A stretch of DNA of 64,000 nt from Ferroacidibacillus organovorans. Its GTDB lineage: Bacteria > Bacillota > Bacilli > Alicyclobacillales > SLC66. Made by a program: the position numbers and the translations under genes. Below are positions 18,265 through 28,392 of the stretch, piece by piece. Location of the stretch: assembly GCF_001642725.1 (NCBI RefSeq), contig NZ_LSUQ01000006.1:1-64000 (forward strand), read 5' to 3'. Numbering within the stretch: the first letter of the stretch is position 1; each line of letters opens with the position of its first letter. The notes under the pieces are model-generated. The model was not told the origin of the DNA. It worked only from the letters and a program-made list of their open reading frames with translations, and searched no databases.

Positions 18265-19629
18265 ATGAAAAAAACAAAAACGAAGTTTGTCTGCGCGGAG
18301 TGTGGGGCGGAAAGCCCGAAGTGGATGGGAAAGTGTCCGAATTGCGGCACGTGGGGCAGTATGGTTGAGGAGATCGACAGCAAGGCATCGCCGAGTGCGC
18401 GTCTGCCGAGTTTCTCTTCTCCAGTGTTGCTTCAAGATGTACATATGGAAAAGATGGACCGGTATTCGTCTGGCAGTCACGAATTCGACCGCGTGCTCGG
18501 CGGTGGGATCATTCCGGGTTCGCTTTTTTTAGTCGGCGGCGATCCGGGGATTGGCAAATCGACACTGCTTTTGCAGACGGTGCACCGCATCGCAATAGAG
18601 GGGGGCGTCACCCTCTATGTTACGGGAGAAGAGTCACCTCAACAGGTGAAAATGCGGGCCGCGCGATTGGGGTCTTTCGCAGAATCGCTCTATATTTTGG
18701 CGGAGACGGATTTAGATCAAATTGAAAAGCATGTAAAGCATATCCAACCGATATTCTTAGTTATCGACTCCATTCAGACGATGTTTCGCTCTGCACTTCC
18801 TAGTGCGCCCGGTAGTCCGCAACAGGTGAGGGAGTGTACGATGCAGATCTTGCGGTTTGCTAAAGAGGCGCAGATCGCGACATGCATCGTCGGACATGTC
18901 ACGAAGGATGGGACGATCGCGGGACCGAGATTGATGGAACACATGGTGGATGCTGTTCTCTATTTTGAGGGGGATCGCCATCACCGGTTTCGTATCTTGC
19001 GGGCCGTTAAAAATCGCTTTGGTTCGACGAATGAAATCGGTGTGTTTGACATGCAAGGCGGCGGATTGGAGGATGTCGCGAGTCCTTCGGAGATTTTCCT
19101 CGAGGAGCGGACGCAAGGCGCGGCCGGGTCGGCGGTTGTCGCAAGCCTTGAGGGGACACGTACAGTGCTCGCCGAAATTCAGGCGCTTGTCACGACAAGC
19201 GCCTTCGGGCAACCGCGCAGAATGGCGTCAGGGATGGATTATCAGCGCGTCACTCTGCTTATGGCGGTGCTCGAAAAACGGGTGGGACTCTATTTGCAAA
19301 GTCAAGATGCGTATGTCAATGTAGCGGGAGGTTTGCGCATTGAGGAACCCGCAATTGACTTGGGGATTTGTCTCGCCATCACGTCGAGTTTTCGCGACCA
19401 GCCATTGAAACCGGGAACGGTCGTGATCGGTGAAGTTGGACTTACGGGTGAGATACGCGCCGTCACGCGGCTTGAGCAGCGCATTCAGGAAGTGGCCAAA
19501 CTCGGATTTTCTCGCATCATCGCCCCCAATCGAAGTGTAGCGCGATTAACAGAGTCGACTGTGCGCGATCTCGAACTGATCGGGGTCGACACCGTGGCGG
19601 ATGCGATTCGGTATGCCATAGGGGGGTAG
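18265..19629 (+). CDS. radA: DNA repair protein RadA/Sms
   Basis: C4 zinc finger, GDPGIGKST, KNRFG. Confidence 0.96.
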   Translation: MKKTKTKFVCAECGAESPKWMGKCPNCGTWGSMVEEIDSKASPSARLPSFSSPVLLQDVHMEKMDRYSSGSHEFDRVLGGGIIPGSLFLVGGDPGIGKSTLLLQTVHRIAIEGGVTLYVTGEESPQQVKMRAARLGSFAESLYILAETDLDQIEKHVKHIQPIFLVIDSIQTMFRSALPSAPGSPQQVRECTMQILRFAKEAQIATCIVGHVTKDGTIAGPRLMEHMVDAVLYFEGDRHHRFRILRAVKNRFGSTNEIGVFDMQGGGLEDVASPSEIFLEERTQGAAGSAVVASLEGTRTVLAEIQALVTTSAFGQPRRMASGMDYQRVTLLMAVLEKRVGLYLQSQDAYVNVAGGLRIEEPAIDLGICLAITSSFRDQPLKPGTVVIGEVGLTGEIRAVTRLEQRIQEVAKLGFSRIIAPNRSVARLTESTVRDLELIGVDTVADAIRYAIGG

Positions 19630-19634
19630 ATGGA

Positions 19635-20720
19635 TTGAAGGAACGGGATGACGGGAAAAAAGAAGCGGTCATGATGAAGATTTTGCGAATGGTGGCGCCT
19701 GGAACCCCCATTCGCGAAGGGGTTGACAACGTTTTGCGTGCGAAAACGGGTGGGCTCATTATCGTTGGCTGTGACGATGAAATGCTCTCCACCGTTGACG
19801 GCGGCTTTGCGATTAACTGCGAATTTACACCTGCTGGTCTCTACGAACTCGCAAAGATGGATGGTGCGATCATTCTGAGCGATGACGCAAAAAAAATTCT
19901 ATACGCGAATACACAGTTAAATCCCGATCCATCAATCCCTACGAGCGAGACGGGAACGCGCCATCGCACGGCTGAACGAATGGCTCGGCATACGCAAAAG
20001 CTGGTGATCTGTGTTTCGCAGCGGCGAAATGTGATCACGCTGTATCAGGGAAACCTGCGCTATTCTTTGAAAGATTTGAGTGTTATCGTCACAAAGGCAA
20101 ATCAAGCGATTCAAACCTTGGAGCGCTACAAGACTGTTCTTGACAATGCGCTTGGCAATCTCTCGGCGCTTGAGATGGGTGAATTGGTAACCCTGCAAGA
20201 TGTTGTCAACGTGGTGCAGCGGTTTGAAATGGTGCTGCGGATTCGAACGGAGATCAAACGCTACATCACCGAACTCGGCACGGAGGGGCGGTTGGTCGCG
20301 ATGCAGCTCGATGAACTGGTTTCGCGTGTCGATGAGGAAGCGTATTTGCTTGTAAAAGATTACGCTGGACCAGAACAATCGCTCACGCCGCATCAGGTAT
20401 TGACGGAAGTGCATGAGCTTGATGCGGAAGAACTGTTGAATGGGCAGGTATTGGCGCAACTGCTCGGTTACACAGGCGTTCAAAACCTGTCTGAGGCGAC
20501 GGTGCTCTCGCGCGGATTTCGCATTCTGCATAAAATTCCGCGTTTACCGCAACCGGTGATTGAGAATCTCGCAGAGGAGTTTGAGAGCTTGGGGCGCATC
20601 GTCTCAGCATCCGTCGAGGAATTGGATGAGGTGGAGGGGATTGGCGCTGTGCGCGCTCGCTCGATTAAAGAAGGATTAAAACGTATGCAGGAGCAAGTGT
20701 ATCTAGAGCGCAATTTGTAA
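19635..20720 (+). CDS. disA: DNA integrity scanning diadenylate cyclase DisA
   Basis: APGTPIREG, KMDGA and GTRHRTAER DAC motifs; C-terminal HhH. Confidence 0.96.
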   Translation: MKERDDGKKEAVMMKILRMVAPGTPIREGVDNVLRAKTGGLIIVGCDDEMLSTVDGGFAINCEFTPAGLYELAKMDGAIILSDDAKKILYANTQLNPDPSIPTSETGTRHRTAERMARHTQKLVICVSQRRNVITLYQGNLRYSLKDLSVIVTKANQAIQTLERYKTVLDNALGNLSALEMGELVTLQDVVNVVQRFEMVLRIRTEIKRYITELGTEGRLVAMQLDELVSRVDEEAYLLVKDYAGPEQSLTPHQVLTEVHELDAEELLNGQVLAQLLGYTGVQNLSEATVLSRGFRILHKIPRLPQPVIENLAEEFESLGRIVSASVEELDEVEGIGAVRARSIKEGLKRMQEQVYLERNL

Positions 20721-20773
20721 GCCGCAGTGACGCACACAAAGATTGTGACACATCCTACGCGTGGAGGCTTACT

Positions 20774-21484
20774 ATGTTCCGACTGATTCCCAATATGCTG
20801 ACGCTTGCGAATCTCATCGCGGGCATGACCGCCGTATTGCTCACTGTCGATGGAATGCCGCGCACGGCGGCAATCCTGGTGTTGGCAGGGATGTTGCTAG
20901 ACGCGCTCGACGGTCGCGCCGCTCGCGCACTTCGCGTGGAGAGCGCGTTTGGTGAACAGCTTGACTCACTCTGCGACGTGGTCACATTTGGGGTGGCTCC
21001 GGCGCTCATCATGTATGTCGTTGCACTGCGCGGACTCGGTGTTGCTGGGATTCTCGGCGCGCTCGCGTTTGTGATTGCAGGCGTTTTGCGTCTGGCGAGA
21101 TTTCACGTTTTGAAAGGCAACCGGAACGAATTTGTTGGAATGCCGATCACCGCTGCAGGTGGTCTGCTTGCGGCACTGGCGCTCTATCACGAAATGATCC
21201 CCACGCCGCTTATGGAAATTTTCACTTTCTCACTCAGTTATCTCATGGTGAGTAAATCGCGGTATCCAAACTTTAAACATGTAGGCCCACCGACTGTCTC
21301 TTACTTGGCGATTCCGATCATCGTTTTGTTCGCGGTGTTTATTTTTATTTTTCAACGTTCGTTTATCCCGCTTTTTTTGATGATTGTGTTGGCCGGCTAT
21401 GGAATTTTCGGTGTTTTACACGACCTGCGCGCCGCGTACCGGATTTTCGGGCGGTTTTTTCATCGCCTTCACAGGGAGTTGTAA
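20774..21484 (+). CDS. pssA: CDP-diacylglycerol--serine O-phosphatidyltransferase
   Basis: IPNMLTLAN, DALDGRAAR...FGEQLDSLCDVVTFGVAPA, RLARF. Confidence 0.88.
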   Translation: MFRLIPNMLTLANLIAGMTAVLLTVDGMPRTAAILVLAGMLLDALDGRAARALRVESAFGEQLDSLCDVVTFGVAPALIMYVVALRGLGVAGILGALAFVIAGVLRLARFHVLKGNRNEFVGMPITAAGGLLAALALYHEMIPTPLMEIFTFSLSYLMVSKSRYPNFKHVGPPTVSYLAIPIIVLFAVFIFIFQRSFIPLFLMIVLAGYGIFGVLHDLRAAYRIFGRFFHRLHREL

Positions 21485-21558
21485 GGAATGCTTGCTATCC
21501 TGTACACAGGCGTGTTCAGACGCGTGTGGCAGATCTTCTCAGAATCCATAGAGCTTTG

Positions 21559-21587
21559 TTGACCGACCAAATTCTCCGTGGTAATGT
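21559..21587 (+). promoter_or_regulatory. Putative sigma-A promoter of yacL-ispD-ispF
   Basis: TTGACC-17 nt-TAATGT with extended TG. Confidence 0.55.
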
Positions 21588-21649
21588 AATTCTGAATACG
21601 TTTAAAAGGTGTGAAATTGCCTATACTGCTTGAAAGGAGGTGAACATTT

Positions 21650-22738
21650 ATGGTTAATCGGATTGTGCAATTGTTTTTTATCGTGACAGGTATTGGACTC
21701 GGGTGGTCCTACGGTGAGCATTTGTTTGCACTTATCCATGTTCCTTCTTCAACGTGGATCACTCCTGTTTCGATTCTGATCGGCGGTTTAATTGGGTTGA
21801 CAGTCGGAACCTTCCTCGTTGATCCGATTGTGAGATGGTTTCATTGGCTTGAAGATCGGTTGATTAAAACGCCGCTTCTGGATCTCCTTTCAGGGATTGT
21901 GGGACTTTTGATTGGACTGGCTGTCGCGTTTGTGCTGACACCGGCGATTGAACGGATTCCTTATGTGGGGATTTACGTTCAATTCTTTGTCTCCATTCTT
22001 TTAGGGTATCTCGGATTTCGTATCTTTTTTTCTCGTCGCGAAGAGATCGTTTCGCTGCTTCCGTTTCTCGCGCAGCGCGTCTCTCGTGATAAAAGCGGAG
22101 CAAAGGCAGTTCAAGAGGAGAATCCGTTCGTTGGAGCAAAATTGCTTGATACGAGCGTCATTATTGATGGCCGTATCGCAGATCTCGTGCAGACGGGGTT
22201 TTTGGAAGGCGTTTTGATCATTCCTTCTTTTGTTCTGGAAGAGTTGCAACACATTGCAGACAGCTCCGATGTGTTAAAACGAAATCGTGGACGGCGCGGA
22301 TTGGACATTTTGAATCGCGTGCAAAAAGAACTCAAGGTGAAAGTCGAAGTTCTTGAGACAGACTTTGAGGATGTGGCGGAAGTCGACAGCAAACTCGTCA
22401 AACTCGCAAAACAGCTTGACGGGAAAGTGGTTACGAATGACTTTAATTTGAATAAAGTCTGCGAACTACAGGGAGTTTCCGTTTTAAACATCAATGATCT
22501 GGCGAATGCAGTAAAGCCAGTCGTTCTACCAGGAGAAGAGATTGTTGTTCTTGTGATCAAAGATGGCAAAGAGTTCGGGCAAGGGATCGGATACCTGGAT
22601 GACGGTACGATGATTGTCATTGAGGGTGGACGTGAGCACATCGGCAATCGACTCGAAGTGGTTGTGACGAGTGTATTGCAAACATCAGCCGGGCGCATGA
22701 TTTTTGCGAAACCCAAACTCCTCGAAAAAGCGCTATAA
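21650..22738 (+). CDS. yacL: Membrane PIN/TRAM domain protein (YacL)
   Basis: N-terminal TMs; [12 protein letters not shown] (PIN); [14 protein letters not shown] (TRAM). Confidence 0.93.
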   Translation: MVNRIVQLFFIVTGIGLGWSYGEHLFALIHVPSSTWITPVSILIGGLIGLTVGTFLVDPIVRWFHWLEDRLIKTPLLDLLSGIVGLLIGLAVAFVLTPAIERIPYVGIYVQFFVSILLGYLGFRIFFSRREEIVSLLPFLAQRVSRDKSGAKAVQEENPFVGAKLLDTSVIIDGRIADLVQTGFLEGVLIIPSFVLEELQHIADSSDVLKRNRGRRGLDILNRVQKELKVKVEVLETDFEDVAEVDSKLVKLAKQLDGKVVTNDFNLNKVCELQGVSVLNINDLANAVKPVVLPGEEIVVLVIKDGKEFGQGIGYLDDGTMIVIEGGREHIGNRLEVVVTSVLQTSAGRMIFAKPKLLEKAL

Positions 22739-22785
22739 TGGAAAAATGGGTTTGTGGAGAGAAGTAAGGCAGGGAATCGCGCGAG

Positions 22786-23478
22786 ATGAAGCACTATGAT
22801 GATGTTGATGTTTTGATTATGGCGGCTGGGACAGGTTCCAGAATGAATTTGGATGTGAAAAAGCAGTGGTTGACGCTTTGCGGTCAGCCACTGTTTAGCT
22901 ATGTCGCACGCATGTTTCAAGCGCTCGGATTCACGTCGATCACGCTCGTCATGCATGAGGACGATCTTGCGCGCGCGCAGGGCGTGCTTCATGCGCAAGG
23001 ACTTGACGCGATACGTCTTGTTGCGGGCGGTCCTGATCGCCAGACATCTGTGCGCAACGGACTTCTCGCATGTGTGCGTACGATCGTGTTGGTGCATGAC
23101 GCGGCTCGTCCATTTCTTTGCGAAGAAGATGTGCGGGCGGTTATTGCGCGGGGTCGCGCTACTGGGGCTGCGACACTCGGGCACGCGGTGCGGGATACGC
23201 TCGTGAAGGCAGAGCGCGAAACGATTGTTGCGCGCGTGGATCGCGAGCAGCTCTATCAGTTGCAGACGCCACAAGTCTTTCGGCGCGAATTGTTGCAGCG
23301 CGCACACGATGAAGCGCTGCGTGCAGGGGCTGTTGCGACGGATGATACGAGCGTTGTAGAAAGGTTGGGCTGTGTGGTTGAAATTGTTGGGGGCGCTGCA
23401 CACAACCTAAAAATTACGGAGCCTTCTGATCAACTTTTTTTGGCCATGTGGGAGGCTGTGCAATGCGGGTCGGATTAG
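22786..23478 (+). CDS. ispD: 2-C-methyl-D-erythritol 4-phosphate cytidylyltransferase
   Basis: AAGTGSRM, RQTSVRNGL, VHDAARP, QTPQVF, NLKIT. Confidence 0.93.
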   Translation: MKHYDDVDVLIMAAGTGSRMNLDVKKQWLTLCGQPLFSYVARMFQALGFTSITLVMHEDDLARAQGVLHAQGLDAIRLVAGGPDRQTSVRNGLLACVRTIVLVHDAARPFLCEEDVRAVIARGRATGAATLGHAVRDTLVKAERETIVARVDREQLYQLQTPQVFRRELLQRAHDEALRAGAVATDDTSVVERLGCVVEIVGGAAHNLKITEPSDQLFLAMWEAVQCGSD

Positions 23479-23948
23479 GATTTGATGTCCATCGATTTCA
23501 AGAGGGCAGACCGCTCGTCCTGGCGGGGGTGGCAATTCCGTCGCCTATTGGACTGTTGGGTCACTCCGACGCGGATGTTATCTTGCACGCGCTTATGGAC
23601 GCGTTGCTCGGGGCGCTGGCGCTGGGCGATATCGGCGATCACTTTCCGGACACGGATGAACAGTATCGCGGAATTTCTAGCGTGCAGTTGCTTTCTCGCG
23701 TGATGGATTTGATCACAGCGCGCGACTATGTCGTCTCAAACGTAGACGTGATGGTGATGGCAGAGGCGCCTAAGCTTTCACCCTATAAAAAAGAAATGAT
23801 ACAAAAGATGGCGCAGACCCTTCAGGTGAGCGATGATCAGGTCAGCTTGAAGGCGACGACCATGGAAGGCATGGGGTTTGTCGGGCGCAGGGAAGGAATT
23901 GCCGCGCAGGCGATGGTCTCTCTTGTGCGCTGCACAGAAAACGTGTAG
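23463..23948 (+). CDS. ispF: 2-C-methyl-D-erythritol 2,4-cyclodiphosphate synthase
   Basis: MRVGLGFDVH, GHSDADVILHA, DIGDHFPD. Confidence 0.95.
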   Translation: MRVGLGFDVHRFQEGRPLVLAGVAIPSPIGLLGHSDADVILHALMDALLGALALGDIGDHFPDTDEQYRGISSVQLLSRVMDLITARDYVVSNVDVMVMAEAPKLSPYKKEMIQKMAQTLQVSDDQVSLKATTMEGMGFVGRREGIAAQAMVSLVRCTENV

Positions 23949-24020
23949 CGTCACGCGGTGGGTGTCTATGAAATGGATTTACTCTGTAAAGAGAATCAAA
24001 CCTAAAAAGTGGGGATCGCA

Positions 24021-25475
24021 ATGACTGTACGATTGCGCTATGCGCCGAGTCCAACGGGGCATTTACATATCGGGGGCGCGCGGACAGCGCTTTTTAATTA
24101 TTTGTACGCGATGCACCATCAAGGCACGTTCATCCTGCGCATCGAGGACACAGATCTTGAGCGCCATGTCGCGAATGCGGCAGATGAGTTTGCGGAAAAC
24201 TTGCGCTGGCTTGGCATCGAGTGGCAAGAAGGTTATCAGGTAGGGGGCTCTTTTGGCCCGTACACGTGCATGGAACGGCTTGGCATCTATCGCGATCATG
24301 TGGATAAGCTGGTTCAGTCAGGTCGCGCGTATCCTTGTTTTTGCACAGAGGATGAACTGAGCGCTGTTCGCGAAAAACAACAGGCAGAAGGGGTCACCCC
24401 GCACTATCTCGGAACATGCCGCGCGCTTGCGGAGGATGAGCGTGCGATTCGCATAGAGCGTGGGGATGCGTATACGATTCGCTTTCGCGTGCCGGAGCAC
24501 GCTGTTTCGTTTGATGATCTCATTCGGGGCGCACTGCATTTCGAGCCGGAGCATGTCGGAGGTGACTTTGTCATCGTCAAGTCAAACGGTGTGCCCGTTT
24601 ACAATTTTGCTGTCACGGTCGATGATATGCTCATGGAAATTACACATGTGATACGCGGTGAAGAACACATTTCCAATACGCCGCGCCAGCTTTACCTGTA
24701 TGAGGCGTTTGGAGCGAACCCGCCAATCTTTGGGCATGTACCTCTGATTCTCGGCGCGAATGGGAAAAAACTTAGCAAACGGGATGAGTCGATTGTACAG
24801 TTCATCGATCAGTACAGGGAACTCGGCTATCTTCCCGATGCGATCTTCAACTTCCTGGCGCTTTTGGGTTGGTCTCCGGGCGGAGAGCAAGAGGTCATGA
24901 CGAAGCAAGAATTGATTGATCGATTCGATCTTGAACGCGTGAGTAAAAGTGGGGCGTTTTTTGACGCGGCCAAACTGCAGTGGATGAACGGGCACTATCT
25001 CCATGCGGTAGATCCTGCCACACTGCTGGAAGAGGCGCGCGCGTTACTGTTCGCTCGCGGCGTGGCAGCGCCTGACGATGAATGGCTTCACGCGTTTTTG
25101 TCGCTGGTACTTGAAAAAGTGACTCAACTCACAGAGATCGAAGGATATGCTCGCAATCTTCTCTCAGAGAACGTGACGCTTGAGCGCGATGCGCAGGAGA
25201 CGCTCGCGTCCCCTCAGGCAATTACGGTGCTCGAATGTTTTGCGGGGGTGATTGACGCGGAGTGTGACGGGACGCCAGACGGGTTTAAAGCGGCGATTCG
25301 CCGCGTGCAAGATGAGACGAAGATTAAAGGCAAGGATCTGTTTATGCCGATTCGTGCGGCGCTTATGGGAACACTGCACGGACCTGACTTGAATCGCTCA
25401 CTCTCGCTCATTGGCTGTGTTAGGTGTGTGAAACGCGTGCGGGAGGCACTAGTAAAGATGAAATCCTTAGGGTAG
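24021..25475 (+). CDS. gltX: Glutamate--tRNA ligase
   Basis: RYAPSPTGHLHIGG, LRIEDTD, KLSKR. Confidence 0.96.
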   Translation: MTVRLRYAPSPTGHLHIGGARTALFNYLYAMHHQGTFILRIEDTDLERHVANAADEFAENLRWLGIEWQEGYQVGGSFGPYTCMERLGIYRDHVDKLVQSGRAYPCFCTEDELSAVREKQQAEGVTPHYLGTCRALAEDERAIRIERGDAYTIRFRVPEHAVSFDDLIRGALHFEPEHVGGDFVIVKSNGVPVYNFAVTVDDMLMEITHVIRGEEHISNTPRQLYLYEAFGANPPIFGHVPLILGANGKKLSKRDESIVQFIDQYRELGYLPDAIFNFLALLGWSPGGEQEVMTKQELIDRFDLERVSKSGAFFDAAKLQWMNGHYLHAVDPATLLEEARALLFARGVAAPDDEWLHAFLSLVLEKVTQLTEIEGYARNLLSENVTLERDAQETLASPQAITVLECFAGVIDAECDGTPDGFKAAIRRVQDETKIKGKDLFMPIRAALMGTLHGPDLNRSLSLIGCVRCVKRVREALVKMKSLG

Positions 25476-25641
25476 AATAGGAAGTGTATCAAGATAGGAT
25501 CGCTCTATCGAGTCATCTCGGTTTTTGTGTGCAAGCGTGAGTTTCACAGATGAAATGGATGGATAGACGGTAGCATGGCGCTCTCACGCCACCGTCTGTG
25601 GGAAAAATAATCGGCTACGCCGTTATTTCTAGATAGACAAT

Positions 25642-25882
25642 CGAACGCGCAGAGGAGTAAATTCGTTGCGCCATGACAGAGAGCCTTTTACGGGATACCG
25701 GTTGAGAAAAAGGGCCATGGCGACGAATTGAATGCACTGCACGCGAGCGGGATGAACAGGAGTACCCTCAGTAGTCCACGACGGATCGGCTCGTTATCGC
25801 CGTGAAAGGCGCGATCGTTGCGCGAAGCAGAGTGGGACCACGGCTGACGCCGTCTCTGGGATTACCGGAGACGGCATTTTAT
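25642..25882 (+). promoter_or_regulatory. Cysteine T-box riboswitch
   Basis: Stem I with AG box (ACAGAGAGC), GGTTGAGA loop and specifier GAA-TGC (Cys, 25733-25735); T-box AAGCAGAGTGGGACCACGG (25825-25843); terminator GCCGTCTCTGG/CCGGAGACGGC + T-run; upstream of cysE-cysS. Confidence 0.92.
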
Positions 25883-25903
25883 GTTCTTTGGAGGTGTAGA
25901 GTG

Positions 25904-26596
25904 ATGTTACAGGGCATGAAGGAAGATGTCGATCACGTCATGCAACTGGATCCGGCCGCTCGCTCTCGCTTTGAAGTGTACATGACGTATGCGGGGCTTC
26001 ACGCGGTGTGGTTGTATCGTATCGCACACGCGCTTCATGTGCGGGGCGTGACGACGCTGGCGCGCGTTTTGTCGCAAATCGCCCGATTTTTTACGGGCAT
26101 TGAGATCCATCCTGGAGCGGTGATTGGCAAAGGACTTTTTATTGATCACGGGGATGGTGTCGTGATTGGTGAAACGGCAGTGCTTGGCGACTATGTAATC
26201 ATGTATCAAGGCGTAACGCTCGGTGGGACGGGCAAAGAGCGGGGAAAACGTCACCCGACGATTGGCAATCACGTTCTGATTGCGACGGGCGCCAAAATTC
26301 TCGGCTCGATTACAGTCGGTGATTACGCGAAGATTGGCGCGGGGTCTGTTGTGCTAAAACCGGTTCCTCCGAATTCGACGGTCGTTGGCATCCCAGCGCG
26401 CATCGTCGTCATCGACGGTCGTCGCGTCGATGAGATGGATCAGACAAACCTGCCTGATCCGGTGAGTGAGCAGTGTGAGATGCTCGAAGATCGCATCGTG
26501 AAACTGGAACGCCACATCACAGAACTCGAGAGCAGGCTTTGCAAAACGCAGGTGAAAACGTTGGAGGAAGATTCAAATGTCTATTCGGGTGTATAA
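25904..26596 (+). CDS. cysE: Serine O-acetyltransferase
   Basis: DPAARS, TGIEIHPGA, FIDHG, GKRHPTIG; RBS GGAGGTG. Confidence 0.95.
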   Translation: MLQGMKEDVDHVMQLDPAARSRFEVYMTYAGLHAVWLYRIAHALHVRGVTTLARVLSQIARFFTGIEIHPGAVIGKGLFIDHGDGVVIGETAVLGDYVIMYQGVTLGGTGKERGKRHPTIGNHVLIATGAKILGSITVGDYAKIGAGSVVLKPVPPNSTVVGIPARIVVIDGRRVDEMDQTNLPDPVSEQCEMLEDRIVKLERHITELESRLCKTQVKTLEEDSNVYSGV

Positions 26597-27965
26597 CAGT
26601 CTGACCGGGCAGAAGGAGCCGTTTCAAACGCTTGAACCGGGTATTGTTCGCATGTACTCTTGCGGACCAACGGTTTACAATTACTTTCACATTGGGAACG
26701 CGCGCGCGTTTGTCGTTTTTGATATGGTGCGGAGATACTTACGGTATCGCGGCTATCGCGTGACGTTTGTCCAGAACTTTACAGACGTCGATGACAAGTT
26801 GATCGTGCGCGCGAATGAGTTGGGGACGAGTGTCACGGATGTGGCTGATTCGTATATTGAGGCGTATTTTCAGGACGCAGAGACGCTCGGGATCGAGCGG
26901 GCAGATGTGCACCCACGCGTCACGGAGACGATGCAGGATATCATCGACTTTATTGAATCGTTGGTGCGTGCGGGGTACGCATATGAGGCGGATGGCGATG
27001 TGCTGTTTGAGACTGTGCGCTTTCCGGGGTATGGCAAGCTTTCCAATCAATCTCTTGAAGACCTTCAGGCGGGAAGCCGCGTCGAAGTTTCTGACAAGAA
27101 AAGGAACGTGACCGATTTCACGCTGTGGAAAGCGGTAAAGCCGGGGGAACCGGCCTGGGAGAGTCCGTGGGGACTCGGGCGCCCAGGCTGGCATATCGAA
27201 TGCTCGGCGATGATTCGCAAATACCTCGGCAACCACATTGACATTCACGGTGGCGGTCACGACTTGCTGTTTCCTCATCATGAGAATGAGATCGCGCAGA
27301 GTGAGTCGATCCTTGGTGAACCGCTGGCGGCGTACTTTATGCACAACGGGTACATCAACATTGACAACCAAAAAATGTCGAAGTCACTCGGCAACAGCAT
27401 TTTTGTCCACGAACTCGCCAAACGTTATGATCCGCGCGCGCTTCGTCTGTTTCTTTTATCGGCGCATTATCGCAACCCGATCAATTACTCGGACGAGATC
27501 ATGGGACAAATGACGGCGGCGCTGCGGCGCATCGACAACTTTCGCGAGCATCTCGCGCTAAGACAGCGCATGGAGTACCTGCCTGAAGGTGAGGTGCTGC
27601 ATTTCTCAGCCGAAGAAGAGCGTCTGCAGGCGGCGATGGATGATGATTTTAACACGGCGGACGCGCTCGGCGTTTTGTTTGATTTTGTGCGAGATGGCAA
27701 TCAGTACATTCATTCTTCGGTGATCACGCGAAAAGGGCTTGAGAGTTACCGCGCAAAGCTCGCGACTTGGCTTTCGCTCTTTGGCTTGCGCGAGAGTGAG
27801 GTGACAGCGCGTGACGAAGAGATTGACGGCTTGATCGCAGAGCGTGAACAGGCGCGCAAATCGCGCGATTTTGCGCGTGCGGATCGCGTGCGCGAAGAGC
27901 TCACGGCGCGCGGTATTAAATTGGAAGACACTGCGCAAGGAACGCGTTGGTGGCGAGAGGCATGA
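26577..27965 (+). CDS. cysS: Cysteine--tRNA ligase
   Basis: CGPTVY, HIGN, PGWHIECS, KMSKS. Confidence 0.97.
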   Translation: MSIRVYNSLTGQKEPFQTLEPGIVRMYSCGPTVYNYFHIGNARAFVVFDMVRRYLRYRGYRVTFVQNFTDVDDKLIVRANELGTSVTDVADSYIEAYFQDAETLGIERADVHPRVTETMQDIIDFIESLVRAGYAYEADGDVLFETVRFPGYGKLSNQSLEDLQAGSRVEVSDKKRNVTDFTLWKAVKPGEPAWESPWGLGRPGWHIECSAMIRKYLGNHIDIHGGGHDLLFPHHENEIAQSESILGEPLAAYFMHNGYINIDNQKMSKSLGNSIFVHELAKRYDPRALRLFLLSAHYRNPINYSDEIMGQMTAALRRIDNFREHLALRQRMEYLPEGEVLHFSAEEERLQAAMDDDFNTADALGVLFDFVRDGNQYIHSSVITRKGLESYRAKLATWLSLFGLRESEVTARDEEIDGLIAEREQARKSRDFARADRVREELTARGIKLEDTAQGTRWWREA

Positions 27966-28348
27966 TGAGCGAACAGGAGGCGTTTGCGGTCGCTCCGCTC
28001 GCGCTCGCCTATTTAGGGGACGCAGTGTGGGAGCTGGCTGTGCGCGAGGCTTTGATTCTAAAGGGTGAGCGCCAACCGAATCAGCTGCATCACCAAGCGC
28101 TCGATTATGTGAAAGCGGTCAATCAGGCTGAGCGGATTCGGCGAATGTCGGAGCGTTTGACTGAGCGTGAAATGTCTGTCTTTAAACGCGGTCGAAACGC
28201 GAAGAGCCACTCGATGCCAAAATCAGCACGGATGGCTGACTATCGGCATAGCACGGGGCTTGAAGCGCTATTGGGATACCTCTATTTAGCGGGAGATCAA
28301 GTGCGGATGAAGGAAATTCTTCACTTGCTTCTCGCAGAGGTGGAGTGA
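27962..28348 (+). CDS. mrnC: Mini-ribonuclease III
   Basis: LAYLGDAVWEL, KRGRNAK, TGLEALLGYLYL. Confidence 0.93.
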   Translation: MMSEQEAFAVAPLALAYLGDAVWELAVREALILKGERQPNQLHHQALDYVKAVNQAERIRRMSERLTEREMSVFKRGRNAKSHSMPKSARMADYRHSTGLEALLGYLYLAGDQVRMKEILHLLLAEVE

Positions 28349-28392
28349 GAACGTCAGGAAGTATATATCAAAACAGCTAAGGGTGTGTCAGG

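Noticed and set aside
22111..23403. 430-aa minus-strand ORF
   Set aside because: Antisense shadow of yacL-ispD; no recognisable motif
25549..25573. Tiny ORF MKWMDRR in the gltX-cysE spacer as a leader peptide
   Set aside because: No RBS and no Cys or Glu codons; the T-box explains the regulation
25802..25903. N-terminal extension of cysE in the ORF track
   Set aside because: Overlaps the T-box antiterminator/terminator; the real RBS is at ~25890
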